From a virus, in the IMG/VR virus record IMGVR_UViG_3300045999_013278, positions 1 to 64,000 of that record: a DNA stretch of 64,000 bases; one strand, given 5' to 3'. Made by a program: the position numbers and the translations under genes. A model generated the notes under the pieces. The model made no database searches, was not told where the DNA came from, and was given only the letters and a program-made list of their open reading frames with translations. Below are positions 47,030-57,298 of this stretch, one piece after another. Numbering within the stretch: the first letter of the stretch is position 1; each line of letters begins with the position of its first letter.

Positions 47030-48252
47030 TTACTCTTCTAATAATAAACTGATTGAGGCTAGAACTTGAGGACTAACTAAACTATTCTCAAAGGCAAACT
47101 TAATACAAGATTTTGTTTCTTCACTAATGCCCGCCTTGTCGGTTTTAACTTCATTCTTGAACGGTAAAAAATCAGTCCACGAAATATTTTTACCGCCCAA
47201 GAACCCATAAACCACTTCCGCCAACCTTGCTGTTGCAAAGCTTTTTTCGTTAGACTTGACCCTATCAATTTTTTCCAGTCTTGATAGGGTGTCTAAAATT
47301 ACAAAAGGCGGAAGTTGGAGGAAATTTACCCAGCTACTAAATCTACTGTCTTGGATTCCGTGCTTTTGGATCTGGAGGTAGATGGTGTACCAGTCAATGT
47401 CTTGTCCGCTTCCACTTCCATATCCATCTTCTTCACTTCCTCCAGTGGAGTTAGTGCTTTTTTTTCACCTTCAGGATCTTCTATAATGTTGAGGCTTTCG
47501 GATTGGTAAAACTCAAAGACGGCTTGGATTAATTCTTGGGGAAGTCCTGCAATGTCAGCAAAGCTTAAATTCTCGCAACCTAGGACATACTGGCGGTCAA
47601 AATTATCGTACAAGAATCCAAGTTCTCCGTCTTTAATTTTTCCGGGAGATTTCTCAATCACTACGTCCTGGACTTCAGAATCGTGATTTCCTTTAACTAC
47701 CAGAATTACATCACCGAATTTAATATTTGTCCCATCAGGAAGAGGGTATCCTAACTCTTCGATCTTAATTTTTTCACTATTTATTAAGACACTTTCTAGT
47801 AGTTCTACATGATAAGCGAGTCGTCCCGGAACAAATACGGGTTCGGGATTACCTTCGACGTAAAAACCTCCCATGATGGTTTTGGCGACAAAATTCCAAA
47901 TTTCTAAAGTTGGAACTTCATTCTTGTTTAATTCGCTTAATTCTTCTTCGTACTCACTTAATACTGTATCTTGATCACTGGGAAAAACTCTAGTCCCGTC
48001 AACTTCCTTACCAAAAATGTATTCCGAAGCTTCTTCCCTGCTTATATCTTTATCCTTAGCAATACCTTTAATTACGGCATTAATTACGCCAGTAACTTGT
48101 TTTTTAGTAGCCGAATATTTTTTAACTTGTAACGACTCACCGGCTTTTACATAGCCCAATCTTTGCAAATACAAATAGCCGTGATTTTCTGTACCGACAG
48201 CGACGATTTCTGCCTTTTTTTTCTTGGAATTGGAAGGTTTTACTTTTAGCAC
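47030..48252 (-). CDS. Tail assembly chaperone (gpG-like, 47326-48252) with -1 frameshift extension to 47030 (gpGT-like)
   Basis: Slippery GAA AAA AAA G at 47457-47466; the -1 frame is open from there to the stop at 47030. Confidence 0.85.
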
Positions 48253-48476
48253 AATTCTATCTCCAGGTTTGTGTTAATTATGGTTGTGTTGTTGTCTTTA
48301 ACTTCTGGGGGAATTTTTATCTTAAATTCTTCCCCCGTTTCTGAGAATAATGAAAGTTCTCCAGATAATCCGCCCCTAAAAAACGCCGCGCCACATAAAA
48401 TTTTTGTCTCGCTAGAATTAAGTCGGCAGTTAAATAACGCAACAATGTTTTTAGATATATCTGCAAGGACTTTCAT
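48246..48476 (-). CDS. Hypothetical protein in tail operon
   Basis: ORF between tail tube and chaperone. Confidence 0.55.
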   Translation of the reverse strand: MKVLADISKNIVALFNCRLNSSETKILCGAAFFRGGLSGELSLFSETGEEFKIKIPPEVKDNNTTIINTNLEIELC

Positions 48477-48494
48477 TTAAAATTAGTATCCTGA

Positions 48495-49208
48495 TTATGA
48501 GTAAGGGTCGACCCAAGTAAAGGAAGTCCCTTGCAAGTGAGCGGTAAAGGAATACTTTTTAACTTCGTTGTAACTACCGGGCTGGCTGTAGTCCGTAATT
48601 AAAATAGCCGCTTCAATAATTTCGCCGTCTGGATAGACAGCGTAGAAATACAATTCGCGTCCAAAATAGCCGCCATCTCTTTGGGTTTGCTTAATAAGCT
48701 GTAGCGCAGGATCTCCGCCAACTGGGGAATCGTAATGGTTTTCTACGCCAGAGAATTGGATGGTTCTATCGCTACGGATGGCCTTTTTCTCAGTTCCAGT
48801 GCCACTTAAAGTATTGGTTGTGTCCACTGTGGTTGTTTGAGCGGCCAAGGGGAACTCTTGAATCCCGTACATGGGGAGCAAATCATCAACAATCCTTGCT
48901 GTACTTGCGGTAGCGATCGCGTATTTTGAACTAAAGATGGGAATGTTAGTCGCTGTAGTCGCTACGGTCACATCTTCCGAAATGAGGACATAAGTTCGCG
49001 CTTTATCCCCATCCTTGAAGAAGGATAGTGCCATACCTGCTTTTAAGTCTGTCGCTACAGAAGCAGTACAAGTAATTACGGTCGCGCCAACAGCGACGGC
49101 TACTGTAGACGTAAGAGTTCTTGCGACTACAGTTCTTGTGCCTTTGGGCAATAGTAAGATTCCTGCACTAAAACCCTCTAAAGATGTAGTGTTGTAAGCT
49201 AAAGGCAT
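48495..49208 (-). CDS. Major tail tube protein
   Basis: Position; Thr-rich; VDTTN..TEKK, KYSFTAHLQG. Confidence 0.7.
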   Translation of the reverse strand: MPLAYNTTSLEGFSAGILLLPKGTRTVVARTLTSTVAVAVGATVITCTASVATDLKAGMALSFFKDGDKARTYVLISEDVTVATTATNIPIFSSKYAIATASTARIVDDLLPMYGIQEFPLAAQTTTVDTTNTLSGTGTEKKAIRSDRTIQFSGVENHYDSPVGGDPALQLIKQTQRDGGYFGRELYFYAVYPDGEIIEAAILITDYSQPGSYNEVKKYSFTAHLQGTSFTWVDPYS

Positions 49209-49231
49209 AGTTATTTTTTCCTTTAAAAAAA

Positions 49232-49606
49232 TTAAATCATCACCCTGTCGGCAATATAAATTCTTGCCTGTTCAATCACCTTTTCATCTGCCGGGGTATT
49301 CGTAAATCTTGAAGTTACATAAGCCCTTCTAATCCTCTCTACCGCTAAACTTAAATTAGGCGTTGCTGCCCAATTTTTAAGGGTGATTTCCCAAAGTCTA
49401 GGGTGATATTTCATCCCAGCAGAAGATGAGCGAGGATCGCCAGATGGGATGTGGTTAATCAAAATCTCTAATCCGTTACTACTAGATGGCGGATTTACTC
49501 CGCTACCGGATACCCAAATACTAGGAATAGGAACTCCGCCTTTATATGTCCCCACAAGTCCTGTGAGCAAATTTAAAAGTTCCGTCCTTAGTTCTTTTGA
49601 GGTCAT
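49232..49606 (-). CDS. Putative tail terminator
   Basis: Size and position upstream of tail tube. Confidence 0.45.
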   Translation of the reverse strand: MTSKELRTELLNLLTGLVGTYKGGVPIPSIWVSGSGVNPPSSSNGLEILINHIPSGDPRSSSAGMKYHPRLWEITLKNWAATPNLSLAVERIRRAYVTSRFTNTPADEKVIEQARIYIADRVMI

Positions 49607-49608
49607 TT

Positions 49609-50025
49609 TTATCTAACGGTAAGGGAGTAAGAGTTAATTAAGCCGCCTAAATCTACGATATCTCGTGGACTTCCCACCAAGTCACCACTTTTACGAAGGG
49701 TGTATCGTGGCCAGTTCCAAATGGGACTTTTTATGGAATCTTGCATCTCGTTGCCGAAATTACTACTAAGTTCAAAAAAAGAGTTTTTAATCGCATCCCC
49801 TAATCTCTTACTTTTACTAGAGTTAAGAATTGTTCTTGAAAATTCTTCCTTAAAATTAAAGCTATCGGCAGTTACCCAAACCCAAGGCCTTGCTGGTGCG
49901 GATTCACCACTCTTAAGAGTCCATCCCTCATGCAGTTTAGCTGCATAATCAACGTCCCACTTAAAAGTCGCTACCTGAGATTTGGGTAAATTTACAAGTT
50001 TTTCCCAATCGTTTGTTTTTACCAT
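49609..50025 (-). CDS. Putative tail-completion/neck protein
   Basis: YAAKLHEG, PARPW, PRDIVDLGGL. Confidence 0.55.
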   Translation of the reverse strand: MVKTNDWEKLVNLPKSQVATFKWDVDYAAKLHEGWTLKSGESAPARPWVWVTADSFNFKEEFSRTILNSSKSKRLGDAIKNSFFELSSNFGNEMQDSIKSPIWNWPRYTLRKSGDLVGSPRDIVDLGGLINSYSLTVR

Positions 50026-50052
50026 TATATCACAAGGTATAAAAAATTACAT

Positions 50053-50457
50053 TTAATTTCTCAGGGAAAGGTTTAAATATCCAAAAATAACCTCTCCAAA
50101 CCTCATAGTTAAAGACGAAAAAATAGGCTGTACTATGGGTAAGAATTTAAACTTACCTACATATTCTCTATCGCCTAAATCCAAGACAGCGTTAGCCTCA
50201 ATCTCTAAGTCAAAAACTAGAGGAAGAGTTGAAGGCATCCAAATATTATTATTGTTTAAAGTTAAAATATTACCCTTAAGAAAAATATCAGTAATTTGGA
50301 TACCTGGCATTTGATAATGAATAGGGTTTTTGGATTGCGCCACCCTAGCAAAAACTTCTACATTAGTTTTCTCCTCAATGGGGTTGCCGTAATCATCTTC
50401 TGTAAAGCTCCCATTACCTGCGAGTAAGTTAATTTTTAAATTAGGGTTATTTAACAT
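50053..50457 (-). CDS. Putative head-closure protein
   Basis: EDDYGNPIE; position; start probably MLNNP. Confidence 0.45.
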   Translation of the reverse strand: MLNNPNLKINLLAGNGSFTEDDYGNPIEEKTNVEVFARVAQSKNPIHYQMPGIQITDIFLKGNILTLNNNNIWMPSTLPLVFDLEIEANAVLDLGDREYVGKFKFLPIVQPIFSSLTMRFGEVIFGYLNLSLRN

Positions 50458-50458
50458 C

Positions 50459-51121
50459 TTAAGTCCGAGGTCTATATTTATAAAATAACGGCAAAAGATT
50501 AGCAAATGGTTTTAAATCATTAAAATCTTGGTAGACTATTTTCGCTCCCTGCGAACTCTCTTCTTTAATTATCTTCTGCTCTCTATATAGAACTTCTGCG
50601 ATAGCTGCAATTACAGATTTAATTTTTAATATCTCTTGGGATTGGGAAGTTGCGGAAAAATTTAAACCTGCGCTGTAAGTAATTCTTATTTCTTGAGTTA
50701 CGTTATTGCTACGACTCCTTCGTATACCTCTAATAATATTGGCATTTATATAGTTAAAATTATTAAGTTCTAAACAATCTCCAATTAAAAAGTAATTTTC
50801 TGATGGTAAAACTTCCCAATTTTGGCTAACTGGGATATCACCAAAACTAACAAATAAATTATTATACCTAACTTCTACTAAATTAATTGCCGTTACGGGT
50901 GCATAAACTAAGGCTATTTTATTTAAACCTAAAACCCTTTCTAATACATAATCCTTAATTACCAATTCCCGATTTGCGCCCAAGGATGATTCGCACAGAG
51001 ATTGAGATCGCAAAATAAGTCCTTCTAATTCTAGATTACCAAGGACGGACAGCGATGGCGAAAAATTTCTCAATTCCTGTACGGTTAAAATCATCTTAAT
51101 TAATTTCCTAGCCTTGGGCAA
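50459..51121 (-). CDS. Putative head-tail adaptor
   Basis: LTVQELR.., RITYSAG; position after capsid. Confidence 0.55.
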   Translation of the reverse strand: MPKARKLIKMILTVQELRNFSPSLSVLGNLELEGLILRSQSLCESSLGANRELVIKDYVLERVLGLNKIALVYAPVTAINLVEVRYNNLFVSFGDIPVSQNWEVLPSENYFLIGDCLELNNFNYINANIIRGIRRSRSNNVTQEIRITYSAGLNFSATSQSQEILKIKSVIAAIAEVLYREQKIIKEESSQGAKIVYQDFNDLKPFANLLPLFYKYRPRT

Positions 51122-51345
51122 TTATCTTTGGAAAAATTTTCTGCACAAACAGGTTCGCCTGTCTGGTTAGTTTGGTATTGCGCCCCACAATTTTGGCAGT
51201 AGGGAATTTTGTTTCTTTTGAAGTATTCTGTAGAATAAACGCCCATTGCTTTTTTTATTACTTTTGCTTCTACCGCTGGCGTTTTAGTTTTGGTTGGAGG
51301 TTTTTTAGTTTCCTCAACCGGAATATTTTCGTTTTCTTCTGGCAC
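51100..51345 (-). CDS. Small Cys-containing protein
   Basis: CQNC..C..C. Confidence 0.5.
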   Translation of the reverse strand: MPEENENIPVEETKKPPTKTKTPAVEAKVIKKAMGVYSTEYFKRNKIPYCQNCGAQYQTNQTGEPVCAENFSKDNCPRLGN

Positions 51346-51374
51346 TTTCTTATCCTTAAATTTAATCTTAAAAG

Positions 51375-51400
51375 TTACCCTTAACTTAAGTTAAGGGTAA
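51375..51400. terminator. Perfect 26-bp palindrome just after the capsid gene
   Basis: TTACCCTTAACTTAAGTTAAGGGTAA. Confidence 0.6.
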
Positions 51401-51405
51401 AAAAC

Positions 51406-53817
51406 TTAAACAGCCCTACGCGCAACTCTTAATTTAGCGCAACGGGTTTGTTGTCCTGCTGGGGAAGCTAAAGCTGCATCCAAGTCAATAACGCCAGTTT
51501 GTTCACGGCTAATCCAGATAAAAGATTCTCCCATGTTAAATGGAGTTGTACCAGAAGCGCGAACTTCCATTGGTAATGCAATACCGCGACCGACCGCACC
51601 GTAGCTAAATACGAAACAGTCTTCAGTAACGGTTGCACCCGCGCCAAAAGTAGTTGTGTTTACGGTTGGATCAGATCCACCTGGCGCACCAACACCCCAT
51701 GTATTGCCTGAGAAAATTTCAAAGCCGCAATATTGACCGACGTAACCTGAGCTTTGTCCGATTTCAATTCCAGAAGCCGCACGGAGAACGTTAGAAATAT
51801 TCTGGCGTTGTTCTTCAGTTACAGGAGAGTAAAGCTTGCCTAAAGATTTCTTTAGATTGTCTAAGGATTTAGGGGGAACTGTCAAAATGTAACTGTTGTT
51901 AGGCAAAGTTGGCCATTGGTCGGCGTAAAGCTGGGAATAAACAGAAGACAGGAAGTCTTCAGTTAAAGTACCGTCATCTGTTGCGGCAACGTTAGCCGGA
52001 ACGGACGTTACTTCACCCTTATCGTTGTAATAAACTTTAGTTGTCTTAAAGTATTCCTTACGCACCATCAAATCTTCAAATTTGAAGTAGTGCTGCATTA
52101 ATACTTTATCCAGAACTGCCATTAAGTCAATTAATGACGTAGCTTCAGTAAATTCTGGAATAAATACAGGGCGGTTGCCTACTCCTGTGCTCAAACCTAG
52201 ACCCCATTGAGCAATAGTTAATGGGACTGTGGTAATTTCCAAGCCTTGAGAATCCGTAGAAGTACCACGAGAATAATTAATGCTGGTATAGGTGTCGGTT
52301 GTGCTGATCAGGAAGTCGTTAACATCTGTAGGATCGGCTAAATTATTAGCGCGAGGAATCAGGATGGATTTATTGGGCGCAGATGTTGAGTCATATATAG
52401 TGGAAGCAAACTGCCACCAAATATTATTGGAGTTGTGAGTTTCTCTCATTAAAGCTGAGAGAACATCCAAGAAAATTGCGCCAATGCTGCCGCTCGATCC
52501 GATAGTTGGCCCGGCCGCACGACCAGAAAGAAATCCGCCACCCTCAGAAGATTTAAAGTAATTTTCTAATTCTTTAACCAAAGGAGAGTGTTTCCAATTA
52601 CGCAAACCCTTAGTGGCTTGCTCTTCACGGAAGTGATCGTGCATGAATCTAGCTAAAACATTATGATTCCGTTGGACTGCAACCATTCCATCGTGGCGAA
52701 CTTCTGTAGGTTCGGCTTTGGAACTGTTAAATAAGTCAATAAATTCTTTAGCTAAACCTTGCATGGCAAACTTTGGGGTATTTTTAACGGCGGGGACGAC
52801 TTCAGATCCGGGGCGGCCAATTAACTGCGAAATATCTTTAAGGGTATCAGCTAATTGCTGGGCTTTTAATCTCTCGGCGCGTTCTTGGTCTAATTCTTGT
52901 TTTAAGCTTGAATTTTCTGCTAAGGCTTGAGATTTTTCTTGTTCTAGAACTAAATTCATTTCCCGAACTGGAGTTACTGTTTCAAGAATTAATTTTCTAA
53001 CGGCTTCTAAATCTAAGCCTTGAGGCTTCAACTCTGCTACGGCTACAATCTCCCTTTCCTCTAGCGCAGGAACGGGGTCGGGAGTTGAAGATTTAACTTC
53101 TTCTAAAGGTGTTAGTGGAGGCATATCTTTACCTTTAATTTGAATAATTTTAGGCTCATCTTTTCCATTGCGCTGTAGGCTTTTACCTACTCCTACCGTC
53201 GGGTCGGCGGGTACGCTTGCATGGGATATCTCAAATATTTCCCAATTTTTACTTATCCTGACTGGGTAATAACCCCTGTCTGCGAGTCCGTATTTTTCAA
53301 TAAGAGCGGCGGCTTCTTTCTTGGGAAGTTCGGTGTATTCATCCTGTACTTGGTACATGAACGAAACACCTTTACGAGTACCCTTTTGGACTAAGTTATA
53401 TAAGTCTCTACCCTCTGCGTTGTCGTCGTACTGGACATCGCAAATAGCCTTACCTTGGGAGAAATTTACCCCCATTACTAGGCCGCGTTGCAAATCCCAA
53501 TTATGATTCCAAAGAATTGGGCAGACACCTTCTGTAACCCTTTGAGTATTGCAACAGCCTGGCTCATGGGAAAGAACTTCGTAATATCTCTCATCTTCCC
53601 AGTAATCGTATCTAAGGATTGGATATTCGGAAGAAAAAACAAAACTTGCGGTTAAGTTTCCTACTACTTCTTCCCCACTCTCCTCTTCCTCCATATCCTT
53701 ATTTAAATTTAAAGATTTTGAGAAGTTGGGAAGAATTTCCAAATTAAAATATCGCGTAGCTTGACCTACGGCAATTTCACCATCCTTAAGTTCTAACCTT
53801 GCATTTTTCTCTGACAC
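51406..53817 (-). CDS. HK97-type prohead protease fused to scaffold and major capsid protein
   Basis: FSSEYP, LWNHN, VSFMY, EISHASVPADPTVGVG; coiled-coil linker; C-terminal region placed as capsid by size and context. Confidence 0.82.
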   Translation of the reverse strand: MSEKNARLELKDGEIAVGQATRYFNLEILPNFSKSLNLNKDMEEEESGEEVVGNLTASFVFSSEYPILRYDYWEDERYYEVLSHEPGCCNTQRVTEGVCPILWNHNWDLQRGLVMGVNFSQGKAICDVQYDDNAEGRDLYNLVQKGTRKGVSFMYQVQDEYTELPKKEAAALIEKYGLADRGYYPVRISKNWEIFEISHASVPADPTVGVGKSLQRNGKDEPKIIQIKGKDMPPLTPLEEVKSSTPDPVPALEEREIVAVAELKPQGLDLEAVRKLILETVTPVREMNLVLEQEKSQALAENSSLKQELDQERAERLKAQQLADTLKDISQLIGRPGSEVVPAVKNTPKFAMQGLAKEFIDLFNSSKAEPTEVRHDGMVAVQRNHNVLARFMHDHFREEQATKGLRNWKHSPLVKELENYFKSSEGGGFLSGRAAGPTIGSSGSIGAIFLDVLSALMRETHNSNNIWWQFASTIYDSTSAPNKSILIPRANNLADPTDVNDFLISTTDTYTSINYSRGTSTDSQGLEITTVPLTIAQWGLGLSTGVGNRPVFIPEFTEATSLIDLMAVLDKVLMQHYFKFEDLMVRKEYFKTTKVYYNDKGEVTSVPANVAATDDGTLTEDFLSSVYSQLYADQWPTLPNNSYILTVPPKSLDNLKKSLGKLYSPVTEEQRQNISNVLRAASGIEIGQSSGYVGQYCGFEIFSGNTWGVGAPGGSDPTVNTTTFGAGATVTEDCFVFSYGAVGRGIALPMEVRASGTTPFNMGESFIWISREQTGVIDLDAALASPAGQQTRCAKLRVARRAV

Positions 53818-53912
53818 TTTTTTTAAGGTTAAAAAAACTGATTAGTGCTTATTATAACATTCTTTATGGGAATGTGCTATAAACAAGTATAAATCTTTAC
53901 TCCTCTAAGAAA

Positions 53913-56900
53913 ATGTTTAACGAAGTTTATGCTCCGTCCGCAAAACCTGTGTTTTACCGCACTTATTCAAGAAGTAAAAAAGAGACATGGCAAGATGTTT
54001 GTGACCGGACAATTACGGCATTAATTTCTCTGGGAAAATTAACTAAGACTGAGGGTGACTTAATTAGGCGATCGCAGGAAGAATTTAAAGTATTAAGTAG
54101 TGGAAGATGGCTGTGGTGTGGTGGTACAGATTGGTTAAAAAAGCCAGAAAACGTTTACGGTGCTTATAATTGCTCATCCACAAACATTACAGACTGGGAA
54201 GCATTAAGCTTAATGATGAATTTGGCTATGCAGGGATGCGGGACTGGCGCAGTGTTGGAAGATAAATATATTAAAAATCTTCCTATTATAAGGAATAATT
54301 TAAGCGTAGAGATTGTTAATTTACCTGGCACTGTAAAAAAAGAAAACAGGCACGATGACACTATCGTTAGCGGCGCGCGCGGACAAGTTAACATTTTTGT
54401 TGGAGATAGCCGTAAGGGTTGGGTAGACTCTTACCTTACACTTCTAGAGTTGTCTTCAAGGGAAGATTTAGCGAAAAACGTTAAAGTTTTCGTTTGCTTA
54501 GGTGCGGTAAGAAGTAGTGGGGAAAAACTTAAAGGCTTTGGCGGAAAAGCTAATCCCATAGCTTTAGCTGGGATGTATGGAAAATTAGCTAAGATTTTAA
54601 ACGGGGCTATAGGTCGCCAACTTACCGCTTTAGAGTTATGCAAGTTAATTGATGAGGCTAGTGTTACAATTGTAGCCGGAAATATAAGAAGGTCGGCGGG
54701 CATGAGACAGGGTTCGCCAGAAGATATAGAGTTTGCGACCGCTAAAGATAACTTGTGGCAACAAGACAATGAGGGTAACTGGAAAATAGATCCTGACAAA
54801 GATTGCTTAAGAATGGCTAATCATACGTTAGTTTATCACCGTCGCCCAACTTTAGAAGAGGTCAAAAAAAGTGTGCAAAAACAATTCCACAGCGGTGAAG
54901 GTGCAATTCAATGGGCTGGCGAAGCGGTAGCTAGAGCTAACGTGGATTTACTCTCTAATAAGGATTTAAAAAATAAGTTTTTAGACTTATACAATAAGTC
55001 CTTAAATGAAGCATTAAATTTTTTAGCTAAGTTAGGGCTGTTGAGTATTGCTGAAGCGGAAGAAAGGATGTCTAGGTACGCTACCAACCCTTGTTTTCGT
55101 GGGGATATGAAAATATTAACTAAAGATGGTTACAGAGCATTCGAGTCGTTGGACGGTCAAGATGTAGAGATAATTAACGCAGAGGGCAATGTTTCTCTAT
55201 CTCATATATGGTGTTCAGGTGAAAAGGAAACCGTAAGGGTAGGAATGGGGGCTTATGGAAGTATTCACTGCACTCCAGATCACTCTTTTTTAAATATTGA
55301 TGGCAAAAGAGTTGACGCATCTGAATTAAGACCGGGTGACAGATTAATGCCATTCTTAAAAGTGCCAGAGCATAAGAATAAAATATTCGTTTGTTTAGGA
55401 TTTGTCCAAGGTGATGGTCAATTATCTGATTTATCTGATTTGAAAGGCGACAAAAAAGGGCAACTAGGTGTTGCTGTCAACATAGGTAAAAAGGATCAAG
55501 AAATCCTAGAATTTTTCCAAGAAACGGAAGGTTTGAAATGCAAGAAACATGGCGAAAGGCGTATTTATGTTAACGGACTGAATGAGTTAATTGACAAATA
55601 CGACTTTTCTCTTTACACCCTTCCATTTCGCGCACTCCCATCCACTTATAAAGGCTGGGACTTAGACATAAAAGCATCGTTCTTGTCTGGACTTTATTCA
55701 GCTAACGGCAGTGTTCTAAAAAACGGCAGAGTGACCTTAAAGACGACCTGTAGAGAAATGGGCGAACAGGTTGTTGATTCTTTAAAAGCAGACTTTGGCA
55801 TAGAAGCTTATATTACCATCAACCGACCGTCAACCGTATCGTTTCCTAACGGTATTTACCAATGTAGAGAAAGTTACGACGTAAATATTCAGCAATACAA
55901 AGGGAGACTTTCATTCTTCAACCAAATCAACTTTATTCATTCGTACAAGATTGATAAATTTGCCAAAACTCTCTTGGCAACCTCTCCCTCAATATCGGTA
56001 GTAGAAAAACAAGGGATTGTAAAAGTTTATGATTTTTCTGAACCAATAACGCACTGGGGTGTAGTAGAGGGCTTTGTCGCGCATAATTGCGGAGAAATTG
56101 TGGGTAACAATTTTTTCTGCGATCTCGCTGAAGTACACCTAAACACGCTAGATGGAAAAGACTTAAATAGTTTAAGAGACTCATTTAGGGCTGCGGGTTT
56201 AATTGCAGCCGTACTATTAAATGACAAATTCCCTGACGAGAGATATCAAAAATCTAGGGAGTTAGACCCTATTGTTGGCGTTAGCTTTACTGGCTTATTT
56301 GACTTTTTCGTTAATTTATTTGGGGAAAGTTGGTTGCGCTGGTGGGAAGGCGGCAGGGAGGAATACTCAGACAGAGACTTTATCACATCAAAGGATTTAG
56401 AAAATTGGATAGAAACATTCCCAGATGAGGTAGTTGAAATTATTAACGATTGGAATAAAAGCCAAGGGAAATTTGCTATAAAACACCCCGGCGTTTGCAA
56501 CGGACTACTTTTTAAAGCCTTGGAAGAATTTTACCTGACGCTTTTTAAAGATGAAGCCCATAAAGCAGTTTGGGAATACTGTCATGCACATTCGCTTAAA
56601 CGCCCCAATAGATGTACTACGGTGCAACCAAGCGGGACTAAGAGCCTCTTAACTGGCGCGTCTCCTGGCTGGCATCCTCCAAAAGCTGCTAGATTTATCC
56701 GTCGGATTACTTTTGGCAGAGACGACGCAGTAGCTTTAGCTTGTATGGACTATGGCTACGGTATTATTCCTTCCCAATCTTGTAAAGATGCTGAGGGTAA
56801 TTTATTAAACGATCCATTTGACCCAAGAGTTACGGAATGGTTGGTAGAAATTCCCACAAAAACTAGCTGGGCGGATAACATCGGGGAAGATGTAGATATA

Positions 56901-57296
56901 AGCAAATTTAGCGCAAAAGCCCAATTTGACTTTTACCTACAAGTACAAAATTACTACGCAACTCACAATACTTCAGCAACTTTGGAAATACGTCAAGAGG
57001 AAATTGGGGAATATGCACAACTCCTTTACCAGAACATCCAAAATTGTGGCGGATATAGTTCTGCGGCACTTTTGGCAAGATTTGACAGTGGCGAAACTTT
57101 CCCTCGTCTGCCATTTGAGCCAATTTCTAAGGAAAAATATGAAGATTTATGGGGAGAGGTTTTAGCTCGCCGTAAAAATAGTAGTTTTGATAAACTTTTG
57201 CAAATAAGGTTAAGCGCAGCGGAAGTGGAAGATTCTCAAGTTGGCCCGGCCGGATGCGACTCGGATAAGTGCTTATTTAAGGAAGTGGGCAAATAA
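53913..57296 (+). CDS. nrdJ: Class II (B12-dependent) ribonucleotide reductase with intein
   Basis: VFYRTYSR, SGRWLW, YNC, MQGCGTG, GNIRRSA, TNP[intein]CGEI, TVQPSGTKS, C-terminal GCDSDKC. Confidence 0.95.
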   Translation: MFNEVYAPSAKPVFYRTYSRSKKETWQDVCDRTITALISLGKLTKTEGDLIRRSQEEFKVLSSGRWLWCGGTDWLKKPENVYGAYNCSSTNITDWEALSLMMNLAMQGCGTGAVLEDKYIKNLPIIRNNLSVEIVNLPGTVKKENRHDDTIVSGARGQVNIFVGDSRKGWVDSYLTLLELSSREDLAKNVKVFVCLGAVRSSGEKLKGFGGKANPIALAGMYGKLAKILNGAIGRQLTALELCKLIDEASVTIVAGNIRRSAGMRQGSPEDIEFATAKDNLWQQDNEGNWKIDPDKDCLRMANHTLVYHRRPTLEEVKKSVQKQFHSGEGAIQWAGEAVARANVDLLSNKDLKNKFLDLYNKSLNEALNFLAKLGLLSIAEAEERMSRYATNPCFRGDMKILTKDGYRAFESLDGQDVEIINAEGNVSLSHIWCSGEKETVRVGMGAYGSIHCTPDHSFLNIDGKRVDASELRPGDRLMPFLKVPEHKNKIFVCLGFVQGDGQLSDLSDLKGDKKGQLGVAVNIGKKDQEILEFFQETEGLKCKKHGERRIYVNGLNELIDKYDFSLYTLPFRALPSTYKGWDLDIKASFLSGLYSANGSVLKNGRVTLKTTCREMGEQVVDSLKADFGIEAYITINRPSTVSFPNGIYQCRESYDVNIQQYKGRLSFFNQINFIHSYKIDKFAKTLLATSPSISVVEKQGIVKVYDFSEPITHWGVVEGFVAHNCGEIVGNNFFCDLAEVHLNTLDGKDLNSLRDSFRAAGLIAAVLLNDKFPDERYQKSRELDPIVGVSFTGLFDFFVNLFGESWLRWWEGGREEYSDRDFITSKDLENWIETFPDEVVEIINDWNKSQGKFAIKHPGVCNGLLFKALEEFYLTLFKDEAHKAVWEYCHAHSLKRPNRCTTVQPSGTKSLLTGASPGWHPPKAARFIRRITFGRDDAVALACMDYGYGIIPSQSCKDAEGNLLNDPFDPRVTEWLVEIPTKTSWADNIGEDVDISKFSAKAQFDFYLQVQNYYATHNTSATLEIRQEEIGEYAQLLYQNIQNCGGYSSAALLARFDSGETFPRLPFEPISKEKYEDLWGEVLARRKNSSFDKLLQIRLSAAEVEDSQVGPAGCDSDKCLFKEVGK
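55092..56087 (+). mobile_element. Intein (332 aa) with LAGLIDADG homing endonuclease
   Basis: Starts CFRGD, block B CTPDH, LGFVQGDG and FLSGLYSANG, ends VYDF..AHN followed by Cys. Confidence 0.93.
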
Positions 57297-57298
57297 AC

